Source of the DNA: Chiloscyllium plagiosum
Lineage: Eukaryota
Direction: 5' to 3'
NCBI RefSeq assembly: GCF_004010195.1
Contig: NC_057724.1
Span: forward strand, 44,140,624 to 44,204,623
DNA length: 64,000 nucleotides
The translations under genes and the position numbers were made by a program. Positions 52,413 to 64,000 of the stretch are shown here, piece after piece (position 1 is the stretch's first letter; each line of letters opens with the position of its first letter). A model generated the notes under the pieces. That model was not told where the DNA came from, ran no database searches, and saw only the letters and a program-made list of their open reading frames with translations.

Positions 52413-52634
52413 CTTCTTGTAAGAAAGTTCTGTGTTCACAGGTCCTTGGATACTAGTCCAGCCTTTGAATTTTTCTCCAGCCTCCCTTTGTAGGTCCTGA
52501 ATAATGTCTTCCACGCAGATCATATATTCTTTATCCTTGCCTTCATGATGTCCCCTTAAGCTGTCCATGGGCAGAGGATGCGCATCACCTGCAATGTAGG
52601 AGTTTCGAGACTGCACCATTATATCATGTGGGAT
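52413..52634 (-). CDS. STARD8: STARD8-like exon, RhoGAP-START linker and start of START domain
   Basis: Acceptor ttttgacAG|ATC, donor AAG|GTATT; 222 bp; IPHDIMVQSRNSY...IQDLQREAGEKFKGWTSIQGPVNTELSYKK. Confidence 0.92.
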
Positions 52635-53185
52635 CTGTCAAAAACAAAAATCGATAAAATTTTCAATGGTCAAATTTGTGGTCCACTAAATATTTTGTCT
52701 AGAGTTGCGCCAATCGTATAAATGCTGCAAGTACCTTATGTTCAACAGTGTGCCCATACTGCCCAATAACAAAATTATTTACATGAGACATTGAGTCTTC
52801 CTCACAAGCTAAATCCACATATGTTCCTTCAATTTTTAACAGAAGCAACTAAATCATTTCTGAGACAAGAAAATCTTCATGTTACAGATAGCAAGAAAAC
52901 TTGCAGAACAATAGATAACCACATCAGGATCCCCATTTTAATTCAATCTGCCCTAACAGACAGATCTGAGCCTCCTAGTCTTTCATGGTTTCTTTCCCCC
53001 TCAGACATTAAGTACTCGCTGTTTATCATTGAATGTGTTTCCCTTCACTCCTTCCGGTGGAGGAACTACTGGAGGGAGAGGGACAGCGGAATCAGGAGGC
53101 TGGGAAACGAGGAAGGACAAGCAACAGGTGAACCTGTTAGCAGAGTGCAGGCTAGGGGAGACACTCAGAAAAGGCCTTACAAATA

Positions 53186-54148
53186 CGGGTTGGTGACGAT
53201 TCGCCACGGCAGATTCACCGCCGATGATTAGCCACTGCCAGTTCTCCACCAGCGTTTCTCCACTGGGGTGGTTTGACCTCTGGAGGCGAATTCTCCGGTG
53301 GCGAATAGTGATTGTTTTCCCTCCCGCCTGTTCTTTCATACTTCTCAGTCCCCTTTATTTATACAACTACATACTTCACATTGATAAAAAAAAAGGTAAA
53401 ATAAATATCATTTTATTGGTTTATATATAAAAATGAGTTACAAACTTGAACCTGAAAAAGGAAATATATTTTAAAAATCTTTATAATGGCCATAAAATCT
53501 CATTAATATTAAACAATGAAATTTTAGTTCATTTGATAGTCATGCACTATTTATTTATAAAGATAAAAACCAAAGCAATTATCATTTTTGCTTTTAAAGC
53601 ATAATCAGGATCGGTGCTGTGTTGACGAGTTGCTCCAACTGCAGCAATATGTCTATGCATACTTTGTGCCAAATGAAAGAAACAGCCCCTAATTCTAACT
53701 TCGGGAAAATATTCTCTCATAGCATTGATAGCTGCCTACTCAAAGTCACAATGGATATACTGTGGTCTGGGATTAGGTACCAAGGACTTCATTTCAAACA
53801 TGCATACGTATATTGAACGCTGCTTATTTGGTAGACGTATATACACTGTTGGATGATCAAGAAAGTAATCGTATAATCATATTCGGTAGGGAATCTTGGA
53901 TACATCATTTAGAAGAGTCAACCTGGTCTGTGGATGGCACGTACAACATAGCCCCTATTTTACTCTCTCAGGTATATTGTATTTTAGCAAAAAGACTTGA
54001 TGGGGTTCATTCAATATTGTATATACTTCTATTTGTGGTGGCGAATCGTCTTCAGTGGCCAATGGCCGGTGGCTAAGTGCCCGCGGTGGTCAAAGGGCAG
54101 TGGCTTATCAGCAGCAGCGAATCAGCTGTGACGAATGGTCCCATCCCG
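53186..54148 (-). mobile_element. Non-autonomous MULE/MuDR-type DNA transposon with TIRs and transposase remnant
   Basis: Imperfect ~65-bp TIRs (CGGGTTGGTGACGATTCGCCAC... / ...GTGACGAATGGTCCCATCCCG); flanks TACAAATA and AACAAATA; transposase motifs WSVDGTY..AP...QVY, LPNKQ, CDFE*AAINA..FP and GCFFHLAQ. Confidence 0.85.
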
Positions 54149-54252
54149 AACAAATACAGCACATTTCAATTCTAACCTTTCCATCGCCCTCTTTCACTCC
54201 CAAGTGTGGTCAAAAGATTCGAAGTATGAACTCAAATTATCTTTGATTGTAC

Positions 54253-54367
54253 CTGAAATAATTTCTTGCACTCTGCAATCATGTGACCCAGTCCCTCAGT
54301 CGCTGCCAGATTCTCATTGAGGTCCCTCTGATCAGGTTTGTTCAGTACACCCCTTCTTCGAATCACC
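54253..54367 (-). CDS. STARD8: STARD8-like exon, end of RhoGAP domain
   Basis: Acceptor atttgtAG|G, donor CAG|GTACA; 115 bp; VIRRRGVLNKPDQRDLNENLAATEGLGHMIAECKKLFQ. Confidence 0.93.
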
Positions 54368-54691
54368 CTACAAATAAGGTCAAGAAAACAAATCTTAAGA
54401 CGACCCATATAAACCTCACACAAACTTCACTACTTTTGTCTCTAACTGCTTTGTTACCATCCCGCAAAAAGCAGTTGAATGGATATAACATTGAACTACA
54501 ATACAAATCTTCCATGTTTCACCAGTAAGCAAATTCACTTAGGCAATGGAGACAAAGGTTGACTCTCTGATTGGAATTTTTGTTCTGCAGTGGTACTGAT
54601 CTCCTTATTGCCTCAACATTTTAAATGCTGTGTTGCTAGTCATTGTTTCCAAGATCAGCAAAAGGCAACAAATTGAAAAGGAAATCCTCAA

Positions 54692-55003
54692 GGGCAGCAC
54701 AAGTTCTCAGTGGTTAGCACTGCTGCCTCACAGCACCAAGGACCAAGGTTTGATTCCACCCTCAGATGACTGACTCTGTGGAGTTTGTCTGTGTGGGTTT
54801 CCTTCAGGTGCTCCAGTTTCCACCCACAGTCCAATGATGGATTTCCCAAGCTAAATGGCCTATAACATCCTGGCATGTGCAGTTAGGTGGGTTAGCTATG
54901 GGAAATGCAGGGTTACAGGGTGGGCCTGGTTAGAATGCTCTTCGGAGAGTTGTTGTGAACTTGATAGAATCCCTACAGTGTGGAAGCAGGCCATTCAGTC
55001 TAT
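54692..55003 (+). mobile_element. HE1-type SINE with inverted 3' tail
   Basis: gggcagcac...cagtggttagcactgctgcctcacagc head; tail inverted at 54964-55003. Confidence 0.82.
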
Positions 55004-55149
55004 GAGCCTATGAAGGATGGTAATCTCTGGATTGTTATCTGAGCTTCAAGCCAATTGGCTGGGGGCACATAAGATTTGAGAAATGGATATGTAGCTTGAA
55101 GATTGATGTGGGAGAATTGGATTCCAGTTGTGGGGCACAAGTATCTGTA

Positions 55150-56275
55150 TGGAGTCACAGAATCAGAGTCATAATTGTACAGCACAGAAATAGACCCTTT
55201 GGTCCAACTTATCCATGCTAACCACATTTCCCAACCTCACCCACTTCCCTGCATTCGGTCCATTATCCCTAAACCTTTCCTATTCATGTATCCGTCCAAA
55301 TATCTTTTAAACTTTGGAACTGCATCTACACTTCCTCTGGCAGTTCATTTCGCATATGAACCATGTGAAAAGTTGTTCCTCAGGTCCCTTTTAAATCATT
55401 CCCCTCTCATCTTAAAAATATGCCCCTCATATGAACTCCCCAACCCAAAGGAAAAAACCTTTGCTATTCACATCATCTATGCCCCTCATGATTTTATAAA
55501 CCTCTAAGGTCACCCTTCAGTTTCTTATGCTCCAGTGAAAAATATTTCAGCCTATCAGCTCCACCTCATAACTCAAACCCTCCATCCCTAGCAACATCCT
55601 GGTAAATCTTTTCTAAACCCTCTCCAATTGAATAATATCCTTCTTATAACAGGGCAACCAGAACTGTACACAGTACTCCAAAAGATGGCTTCAACAATAT
55701 CTTGTGCAATCTCAATCTCAACATGATGTCCCAAGACTTCTACTCAAAGGTCTGAGCAAAGGCAAGCATGCTAAATGCCTTAACCACCCTGTCTATCTGC
55801 GACACAACTTTCAAAGAACTATGTACCTGAACCCCCTTGGTCTCTCTGTTTGACAACACTGCCAAGGACATGGCCATTAAATGTATAAGTCCTGTCCTTA
55901 TTCGCTTTACCAAAATGCAATACCTCGCATTTATCCAAATTATAGGCGGCACGGTAGCACAGTGGTTAGCACTGCTGCCTCACAGCACCAGGGATCCAGG
56001 TTCAATTCCCGCCTCAGGCAACTGTCTGTGTGGAGTTTGCACATTCTCCCAGTGTCTGTGCGGGTTTCCTCCCACAATCCAAAGATGTGCAGGTTAAATG
56101 AATTGGCCGTGCTAAATTGCCCGTAGAGTTAAGTGAAGGGGTAAATGTAGGGGAATGAGTCTGGGTGGGTTGCTCTTCGAAGGGTTAGTGTGGACTTGTT
56201 GGGCCGAAGGGCCTGTTTCCACACTAAGTAAATCTAATCTAATTAAAAAAAACTCCAACTGCCACTCCTCAGACC
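55150..56275 (-). mobile_element. CR1 3' fragment interrupted by a SINE
   Basis: Homologous to 6084-6930; rejoins across 55945-56240. Confidence 0.85.
55945..56240 (+). mobile_element. HE1-type SINE nested in CR1
   Basis: GGCGGCACGGTAGCACAGTGGTTAGC...GGTTCAATTCC...(AATCT)n; AATTA on both flanks. Confidence 0.88.
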
Positions 56276-56900
56276 ATTGAGAGGGCTATATCATTGGGAT
56301 GGTCTGCATCTGAACCATGCTAGACCAATGTGCTGGAAAATCACACAATTAGGTAAATAGAGAGATCAAAACTAAACAACATTGATGAAGGACCAAATCT
56401 GGCTAGATGTAACAAATAAAAATCGAGGTCAGAGAGCAAAATACTAATGTTGGTAATAAAAAAGGTTAGAGAATTGCAGGAAGAGACAGAAAACAAGCCT
56501 CAGAATATTTCAACGACTGAGACTTGATATTACAAAGGTAACAGAAAGACAAAACCAAAGTCTCCATATTTCAACGTGCACTGCATTCATAACTATGTAA
56601 ATAAATTTATGGCACCCATCAAGTTAAATAAATATGATCTAGACACAGATATGCAGTCAGGGCTGTATGGTGGCATGGATTTGATTCTGAATATTGAGGG
56701 ACAAAAGACATTCAAGAATAGGAAGCTGGGTAAATGTGGAAGGGTAGTACCATGTGATAGTTAGAGGTGACCTTGGTCCAGGAGACTGAGATGCAGAATC
56801 AGCATCAGTGGAACAGCAGGAGAATTAAGTCACTGGTGGAATGGTCTACAGGCCCCCTAAATGTAACCACAATTTTGAATGAAGAAATAATAGGTGTGTT

Positions 56901-57600
56901 TGTGATTGATCTGGACTAGTGGCCAATTACTAATAGGGCTCTCTGCCTTCCAGAGACTGTGACTGGTTGTCAAGTAGCTGAACAGCTTCAGCTGTGAACA
57001 AAACAGAGAAGCTAGTCAGACCAAATGAGAAACTAAGGGGTCTACAGCAACCAAAAAACACACAATGCAGTAAGACATTTAAACCAGAAGGAAACAAGCT
57101 TATCTTTCCTTCAGTTGATGTCCCAAGTTGTGACTTTGAAGGGGACAAGTCAAAGCCCTTTCATAAATAAACCAGCGCCCTATGCCTCTTGCTGTTCCAA
57201 AGGTTGGCCCTCACCCTTTCTTTTCTAGAATGCTCCCATTGCTTTGCAAGAGCTAACCCAAAAGATCTTGCGACCAAAGACTATGGAACAGTTTTTCTAG
57301 CTTTCTCTCCATCCATGTGTTTTTATTTTTGTCTGTGTGCAAGAGTTGGGTTTTTAGAAGATAGGGTTTTATTTGAAGAGGTTGCTTAATTTAGCTTAAC
57401 TGTTTACAGTAGCTAGAATCTAATTAGCTGTACTAAATAGCATTTCTTGACAAGTACAGAAACCTGGTCGATATTATCTACTAATCTGATTCAGAACAAA
57501 GTAGTTTAGGAATTTTGCATATTTCTTTTAAAAACTTAACTTTTGTGACGACTCTGGGAATAACAGAGCTTATAACAGTGCACATCCTCAATGAATCACA
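56901..57600. mobile_element. Possible solo LTR or TIR element within CR1 debris
   Basis: Termini TGTGATT...AATCACA (7-bp inverted), 700 bp, CR1 fragments on both sides; no matching TSD. Confidence 0.35.
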
Positions 57601-58419
57601 TGGAAAAGTCCAGAACTACAGTGCATTATTTAAAATTTAGGCATTTCTCTTTTAAGACAGATATTTTTCGCTGAGAGGGCTATGCAACTGTTAAACTCTG
57701 CTTCAGAAGGCAATGGAAGCATGGGTCATTAAATACTTTGAAGTTAATGGTACATAACCATTGATTCCCTTACCTGACAAGAATTTATCACGATTTAATG
57801 GGAACGTAGAGCTCAAAACTCAGAGATCAAACAAATTGACTTACTGAATAGTACAGTAGCTCTTGGGTTGAATGGTCTGCTTATGCTTTTAATTCATTTG
57901 TTTGCATGTGCAAGGAATGGGAGGCATTTTAGTTCTCATTTGCAATGATCCAATGACAGGCCTTTGGATTGTATCTTTGCCTTCCAGTCTGTATTTTCAC
58001 CATTGATCTCCTGCCTTCCTTAATTTTCTGTCTTCTCCACACCTTTCATTTTCTTTTGCATCATCGGAATTAATTCAGGGAGGATAACTTAAATCTAGCT
58101 CTAATGAGGAAAGTGAAGGTTTCCTCCTTCTGAAATACAACTGGGTGGTAAATTGACATTATTTTATTTCTGAGGTGCCCAGCAATCAAAAAGCAAACAA
58201 AATAATTTCACACAAACCAAACTCCAAGCAAATAGATATAATGTGAATGCTGTTTCTCTAGTAGTTGCTCAGCCTCCAACTGGTTCTCTACTTTTATCGG
58301 TCAGTGACACTTTCCTTCCTGATTCAAGGTCAAATGATGGAGCATAACTATAGGACCAAACTCAATCTAGCTCCACAATCCAAAAGGAACAGAAAAGGAT
58401 CACAATTGTTAAGGATCAC

Positions 58420-58670
58420 ACCATTTTCCAGCTGAGATGTGAAAACGACCTCCTATTTGTTCAAGTTGGCACTAAACATCCAATGGCATAGTTAAGTCAG
58501 AGCAAAGATGTTCACAGTGTCTAAAAGCAGCAATCCTCCATCAAGCAACAAACAGATTTGACTGCTCATTCATTTCATTGCTATCAATGGGACAAATCTG
58601 GTATAAAACAGCAGCTTCATTGTCAAAACCGAACAGAAATCATGTATTCCAGCAGTAATCAATTGTAGAT
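58420..58670 (+). mobile_element. DeuSINE-like relic
   Basis: Similar to 11710-12020 (catccaatggca...cattgctatcaatggga). Confidence 0.45.
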
Positions 58671-58711
58671 CAGGTTTTAGGAAAAATGGCATTTTGTCAA
58701 ATCACTTATTT

Positions 58712-59097
58712 TTACATGAGGGGTGACCTCATCGAGGTTTATAAAATCATGAAGGGTATGAATAGGATAAATAGATAGTCTTTTCCCTGCAGTGGAGGAG
58801 TCCAGAACTAGAGGGCATAGGTTTAGGGTGAGAAGGGAAAGATATAATAGAGACCTAAGGAGCAACGTTTTTACGCAGGGGTGGTGCATTATGGAATGAG
58901 CTGCTAGAGGAAGTGGTAGAGGCTGGTACAATTGCAACATTTAAGAGACATCTGGATGGGTGTACGAATAGGATGGGTTTGGAGGGATATGGGTCGGTTG
59001 CTGGCAAGTGGGACTAGATTGGGTTGGGATATCTGGTTGGCATGGACGAGTTGGACCGAATGATCTGTTTTCGTGCTGTACATCTCTAATGACTCCA
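58712..59097 (+). mobile_element. CR1 3' fragment
   Basis: Homologous to 10350-10730. Confidence 0.88.
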
Positions 59098-59445
59098 TTT
59101 CATAATTTTACTCCTAGTCAGTTAACCTAGCATGACAGCTTGCTCTTTCATATTATTCAAGTCTGACGATAAACAATTGGCAAAACAAAAATCCCAAAAT
59201 CTGCCTCCCACTAATTTTTAACTCCAGTTTTTACCACTAGAAACGAAGGTAGAAATTTTAGTCCACACACGTTGCTAACTATTTCTCATTACTCTGATCC
59301 AGCTATTTGCCCAGAATGTTGAAGCCATCAGTGAAGCAGAAAAGTCTGCATCATCCCTCAAACACATCAAAGTCATTGGAATGCCCTTCTTCCTTCACTC
59401 CCAAAGAAATCCAATTGCATAGTAACTGGAAATTGCAAAGCTCAC

Positions 59446-59656
59446 CTTGGTGAGGAAGTTTCTTTTTTTGGCACATTTAGGTGGAATAGAGATGGAGCAA
59501 GGCAGACAGCCAGGTTTCCAGCAGTCATTTGGTTCTCTTGCACTGACGCAATGTCACTCAAGAAGTACAGTAGCGACTGAAGCACCTCACGATTCTCATC
59601 TGGCAACAGCACAATTGCAGCCTGAAGGGCTTGGAGGCGTTGGTCCTTTGGCACAT
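59446..59656 (-). CDS. STARD8: STARD8-like exon, RhoGAP domain
   Basis: Acceptor tatctcAG|ATGTG, donor AG|GTGAG; 211 bp, phase 1 to 2; (Y)VPKDQRLQALQAAIVLLPDENREVLQSLLYFLSDIASVQENQMTAGNLAVCLAPSLFHLNVPKKETSSP(R). LLYFLSDIAS and QMTAGNLAV are STARD8-like. Confidence 0.93.
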
Positions 59657-60789
59657 CTGAGATACACAAAGGAGGAGTCACACATTCTTGCTCATTTAAC
59701 ATTTTAAAAATTCTGAACAGAACTCCTACTGCAGTCTTAAGTGTAATAAAACGCACTAACTTCACATAAAAAAAAATTATGTCCATATTCTTTAATTTAT
59801 TCATGGATGAAGATGTCACTGGCAAGGCCAGAATTTATTATCCACCTACAATTGCTTATGAGATGCAACCAAATAGCTTGGCAGACAACATCAGAGAGTA
59901 GTTATGAGTCAACCACATTACTGTGAATCTGTAGTTACATACAGGCCAGATCAAATAGACAGACTTAGGAGGACGTTAGTGAACCAGTTATATTTTTACA
60001 GCAATCCATTAGCTTAGTGGTCAATCTAACTGATATTAGCTTTTTTTACATTTCAGATTTCTTTCATGTACTGAATTTAAATTCCCCAGTTGTCATGACT
60101 GGATTTGAATGCATGTCCCAGGGGCTAATGGTCCATTTATCTGGACTAGTAATCCAAAACTGCACTGTAGCAGCTTCCCAAGCTTCTCTGACAACATCTC
60201 CCAAACTCATGACCTCTACCATTTCAGTAAAAAGCCACAAACATGAGAACACCATGACCTCAAAGTTTCCCTATAGGTCTAACCTAGTTTGGAAATATTT
60301 CCATGTTTCTTCATTAACAATGGTTCAAACCTTGGAATTTGTGACCAAACAAATATCATTAAGAGTAACTTCATCACCCAAACCAGTAATTAAAAGATGG
60401 CATTGCCCCATCACCTTCAAGAGCAATGAGGAATCACAATAAATAGACATCCTGTCAGTGACACTGCATCACGTAAATGAATAAAATACTCAAGAAAATA
60501 ACTGCAACACATGCCATTAGCATAATTGTAAACATCACATTAAGCAGGAGATTGTGTTTAGTTCTTGAGAGTTACAGCACCTCAAAAACAAGTACTGTTC
60601 ATAGTGATGCGGTAACCTGTTGATGATCTAATCGGTAAACACTCATTGGGAGTGACAGTTTCTTGGTCTCACCATCAAAAACAGCTCAACCTCAGGGATC
60701 TGGACAGCAAAGCAAGTTAAGCACTGGAATTATGAAAAATTGCAAGACCATTCATGACTGTCAAGAATTTCAGTGTCGGTGAAGATCTT

Positions 60790-61080
60790 CAGAAGTGTGG
60801 GAAAAATTCTGCACAGCAAGTTCCCACAAACAGCACTGGAATAATGACCAATAAGCGGCTTCTGAAGTATTGAATTACTAAATATTGTTCAGGATATCAA
60901 ATGATACCTTCCTATACCACTTCAATATATTGCCGTGGGATCTTTTATATTCTTCCGAGGGGTCAAATTGTACTTTAGTTTAATGTTTCATCCTAAAGAT
61001 GCCATCTGAATGTAGTCCTCCTTGGAGTTTTGTGCGGAAGTCCTGGAAACTGCTATCACTGAGTCACAGCTGATACACAA
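60790..61080 (-). mobile_element. DeuSINE-like relic
   Basis: Plus strand gcacagcaagttcccacaaacagca...tgccgtgggatctttta...tttaatgtttcatcctaaagatg is the reverse complement of the Deu core as I recall it. Confidence 0.6.
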
Positions 61081-61491
61081 CAGCTCTGAGTTATGATAGC
61101 CAGCTGAACTGGCAGAATGGAATATTCTTGACCATGTGATCGTCATGAACGGAGTATCTCATTATACTGAATCATCGCAACACAGTTTCTAGTGAGCATG
61201 GTCTAATTGAAAAATTTGGCAGTAAATGAACATTTCTTTCATAAAGTAGCAAGTCCAAAATGGAAATCTCATTCTGGCACAAAAGGCACATTCTTGTTTC
61301 AAAGTAAAGGAAGCTTTACCCTGCAGCTTCCTGAATTATGCTCAGCATAAATATACTTACATTGACTCTTGGTAATCTAAATTAAACAGGATTTTATTCC
61401 TCAGCACCATAATATAAGTTGCTTACTGAGAATACATTACAATACATAACAAAGACAATGGGAAGATGTATATTTTTCCTATTTCACTCAC

Positions 61492-61690
61492 ATTGATAGA
61501 TCTGCAAAAAGGTTTCTGTCAGCTTGTTGGTGAAAATAGGCTCCGGAAGGTCCCGGAAATATTGCTTTAACATGTCTGCTACATCGAATGCTGACTGACC
61601 GTGGTAATTAACATTGTCAGGGCTGCTTTCACTCATTTGCCTCAGAGTTTGGATTCGGGATTTTACACCTGACTTCCTGAAGATGCCAAC
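61492..61690 (-). CDS. STARD8: STARD8/DLC3-like RhoGAP-START protein, internal exon (RhoGAP domain with arginine finger GIFRKSG); upstream exons lie beyond the window
   Basis: Acceptor ttctaaacAG|GTTGGC, donor T|GTGAGT; 199 bp; encodes VGIFRKSGVKSRIQTLRQMSESSPDNV...KQYFRDLPEPIFTNKLTETFLQIYQ. GIFR, SPDNV and KQYF resemble STARD8 more than STARD13 or DLC1 (recalled sequences). Confidence 0.93.
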
Positions 61691-62519
61691 CTGTTTAGAA
61701 GACAAAAAAATGTTTCTTTCCCATACATATATTTCTAATCATTGCTGAGTAGAAGATTTTTCAATTATATAACAATGGGCAACATTAATTTCATAAGAGT
61801 TAATGGACATCCAGTCATTACAATAGGAAGGGCATTCTGAAAGATTGCAAAGAACCTTGCATGCGAAATAAATTAGCCAGTAGTATATCAGAATCAAATG
61901 TCGCAATCTGTCACAGGGAATAAAAGGACACAACCTAAACCAAAGATTAGGGAGCTTAGCACTTTCATCCTCATCAGTGACTGCACCAGTCCAGGAGACA
62001 GCTGGAGGAAGCAGAGTTATTTTAAGCCCCGTATAAAAGGTGCAAGTAGCATTTGGGAAAAGTGAATTCTAAAAATAAGTACAGGAGATAATTAGCTTAC
62101 TCTATCTTAGCCACTTCTTTATTGGTTTAGCACTAGCTGTTCCTTTTTAAATTGTGATGGGAACATACCAGACAAATAAGATAAACCACAGCTAAAAGCA
62201 GGTACCTGAATAAATACAACATACCGATGCCCAGCCTCACTGTGTCAGGCCATTTCTGAGATTCTGCAGCTGCTTTAAGCAGTGAAACTACTAAATTCAA
62301 TACACTGCTCCATCTGATAGCAGATAATTGCCTGCTCTTTACGGAAAAGGCAAATTATTTCCGGCTGTTTCTTAAAGTAATTTCTCTCAGCTCCTCCTCT
62401 GGTCTTTGTAACTCACTCATTAGCTGGACTCTAAGATGCACATATCCAAATCTCAATCTGGATCATTCACTGCTCAGCCATTTGAAGATAAAAGAATTTA
62501 ACCTAATGAGGCCTTTACA

Positions 62520-62880
62520 GTGGGTGACCTTACAGAGGTTTATAAAATCATTAGGGGCATGGCTAGGGTGAATAGCCAAGGTCTTTTCCCAGGACTATGC
62601 TAAAGGAGAGAGGGGAAAGATTTTGAGGAGGACCTGAGGCGTAACTTTTCCACGCAGAGGGTGGTGCATGCATGGAATGAGCTGCTGGAGGAAGTGGTGG
62701 AGGCTGGTACAATGTCAACATATAAAAAGGCATCTGGAAGGATATATGAATAGGAAGGATTTAGAGGGATATGAGTGATAATGCTGGCAAATGGGACTAG
62801 GTCAAATTGGGATGTCTGATCAGCACAGATGAACTGGACCAAAGGGTTTGTTTCCATGCTGTATGGCTCTGACTCTATGA
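62520..62880 (+). mobile_element. CR1 3' fragment
   Basis: Homologous to other copies; ctctgactctatga tail. Confidence 0.88.
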
Positions 62881-63242
62881 CATTTCTATCCTCCTGCCAA
62901 ACGTAGCTCATGACTTACTGAGAGTGAAGATTGTCAATTCATATCCAACACTTACAGAAGTACATACATTGGAAAAGCACAAGCTGCACCACTGCACAAT
63001 TTCATTAAGAAATTTTCACCAGAATCTTGTCCAGTGTGAAACAAAGGTGTCAGCAATGTAATGTTATCAGTGTTTATTGAATCTTTAAGGAACAGCTATA
63101 ACTTAATATATTTCCCAGAACTCCCTACAATTATTGTCATAACTTTGCTGACCTTCCAGTAATATCGAATTTCTTGGGGTCCCACTGAAACCCTATTTAA
63201 GAATATCCTCTTCATGTTGCACAGAATAGGAATCTTTGAATA

Positions 63243-63780
63243 ATCATAGAATCTCTACAGTGTGGAAACAGGCCCTTTGTCCCAACAAGTTCACACTGAC
63301 CCTCCGAATAGTAACCCATGCAGACCCATTCCCCTACCTTATTATCCTATATTTAACCCTGACTAATGCATCCAACCTACACCTCCCTGAACACCATGGG
63401 AAATTTAGCACAGCCTATTCACCTAACCTGCACATTTTTGGAATGTGGGAGGAAACAAGAGCACCCATGCAGACACTGGGAGAAGGTGCAAACTCCACAC
63501 AGACAGTTGCCAGATGTTGGAATCTAACCCGGTCCCTAGCGCTGTGAGGCAGCAGTGCTAGCCACTGTGCCATCCCTCAAAGAGCATTCTACCCCATCCC
63601 TGCAACCCCCATGACTAATCCACCTAACCTGCATATCTTTGGACAGTGGGAGGAAATCCAGGCAAACACAGGAAGGAGAATGTGCAAACCTCACACAGAC
63701 AGTCACCCAAGGCTAGAATTGAACCCAGGATTCTGGTGCTGTGAGTCAGCAGTGTTAACCGCTGAGCCATCGTACCACCC
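63243..63780 (-). mobile_element. Two adjacent HE1-type SINEs (~63243-63575 and partial ~63590-63780)
   Basis: Two successive cacctaacctgca...aaac.c.acacagacagt...gctgtgag.cagcagtg blocks. Confidence 0.82.
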
Positions 63781-63954
63781 TAGTGGCAAAAGTGTCAAAT
63801 ACTGACAACACTAACAAAAACAGATCTCAAAAATCCAGAAGTTATCTGACTATCTGAGATGTCAGTCTCTTCACAGACCCCCACTGGTTCAAGGATCCAG
63901 CAAGAAAACCTCTCTAAACCTCATGGTATCCAGTTCTGAGTAATATCGAGGAGG

Positions 63955-64000
63955 ACAAAGTGAGGACTGCAGATGCTGAAGATCAGATCAGAGCCGAGAA
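63955..64000 (-). mobile_element. Start of another PLE terminal repeat, cut by the window edge
   Basis: caaagtgaggactgcagatgctgaagatc is the reverse complement of a sequence similar to 24905-24938. Confidence 0.6.

Noticed and set aside
52791-53430. Overlapping ORFs of 146, 112 and 68 aa
   Set aside because: No recognisable domain; they run through intron sequence and MULE TIR repeats.
55945-56015. tRNA gene
   Set aside because: The A and B boxes belong to a SINE head continuous with the HE1 body and tail.
59657-59825. N-terminal extensions of exon ORFs in the ORF track
   Set aside because: Intronic read-through upstream of clear AG acceptors.
35912-61690. Assignment as STARD13 or DLC1
   Set aside because: Diagnostic residues (GIFR, KQYF, FLSDIAS, MTAGNL, CKKLFQ, GHPLRLW, WYNKV, IRDSF) fit STARD8 better by recall; a phylogeny is still needed.

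Overview
Vertebrate genomic DNA, very probably from a shark (elasmobranch HE1-type SINEs, abundant CR1 LINEs, DeuSINE relics; inference, no search run). The only host gene I can support is the 3' half of a DLC-family RhoGAP-START gene on the minus strand, best matching STARD8/DLC3. Seven coding exons (61690 to 35912) have GT-AG junctions, consistent phases and an unbroken frame, followed by an inferred ~4.1 kb repeat-poor 3'UTR with AATAAA at 31822-31827. The rest is intronic or intergenic and dense in decayed mobile elements: many CR1 fragments and one near full-length CR1, HE1 SINEs, a Rex1/Babar-like fragment, a solo LTR, a Harbinger transposase relic, a TIR-bounded MULE derivative and Penelope-like element (PLE) pieces. 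The most notable non-coding signal is a cluster of minimal hammerhead ribozyme motifs (CUGANGA-stem II-GAAA-palindrome-UH) at ~14-25 kb. They sit in PLE termini and in tiny TSD-flanked PLE-derived inserts, one of them a palindrome. Other points: several micro-inversions bounded by short inverted repeats, and a STARD8 C-terminus lacking the ETKL-type PDZ ligand. Repeat boundaries are approximate, read by eye.
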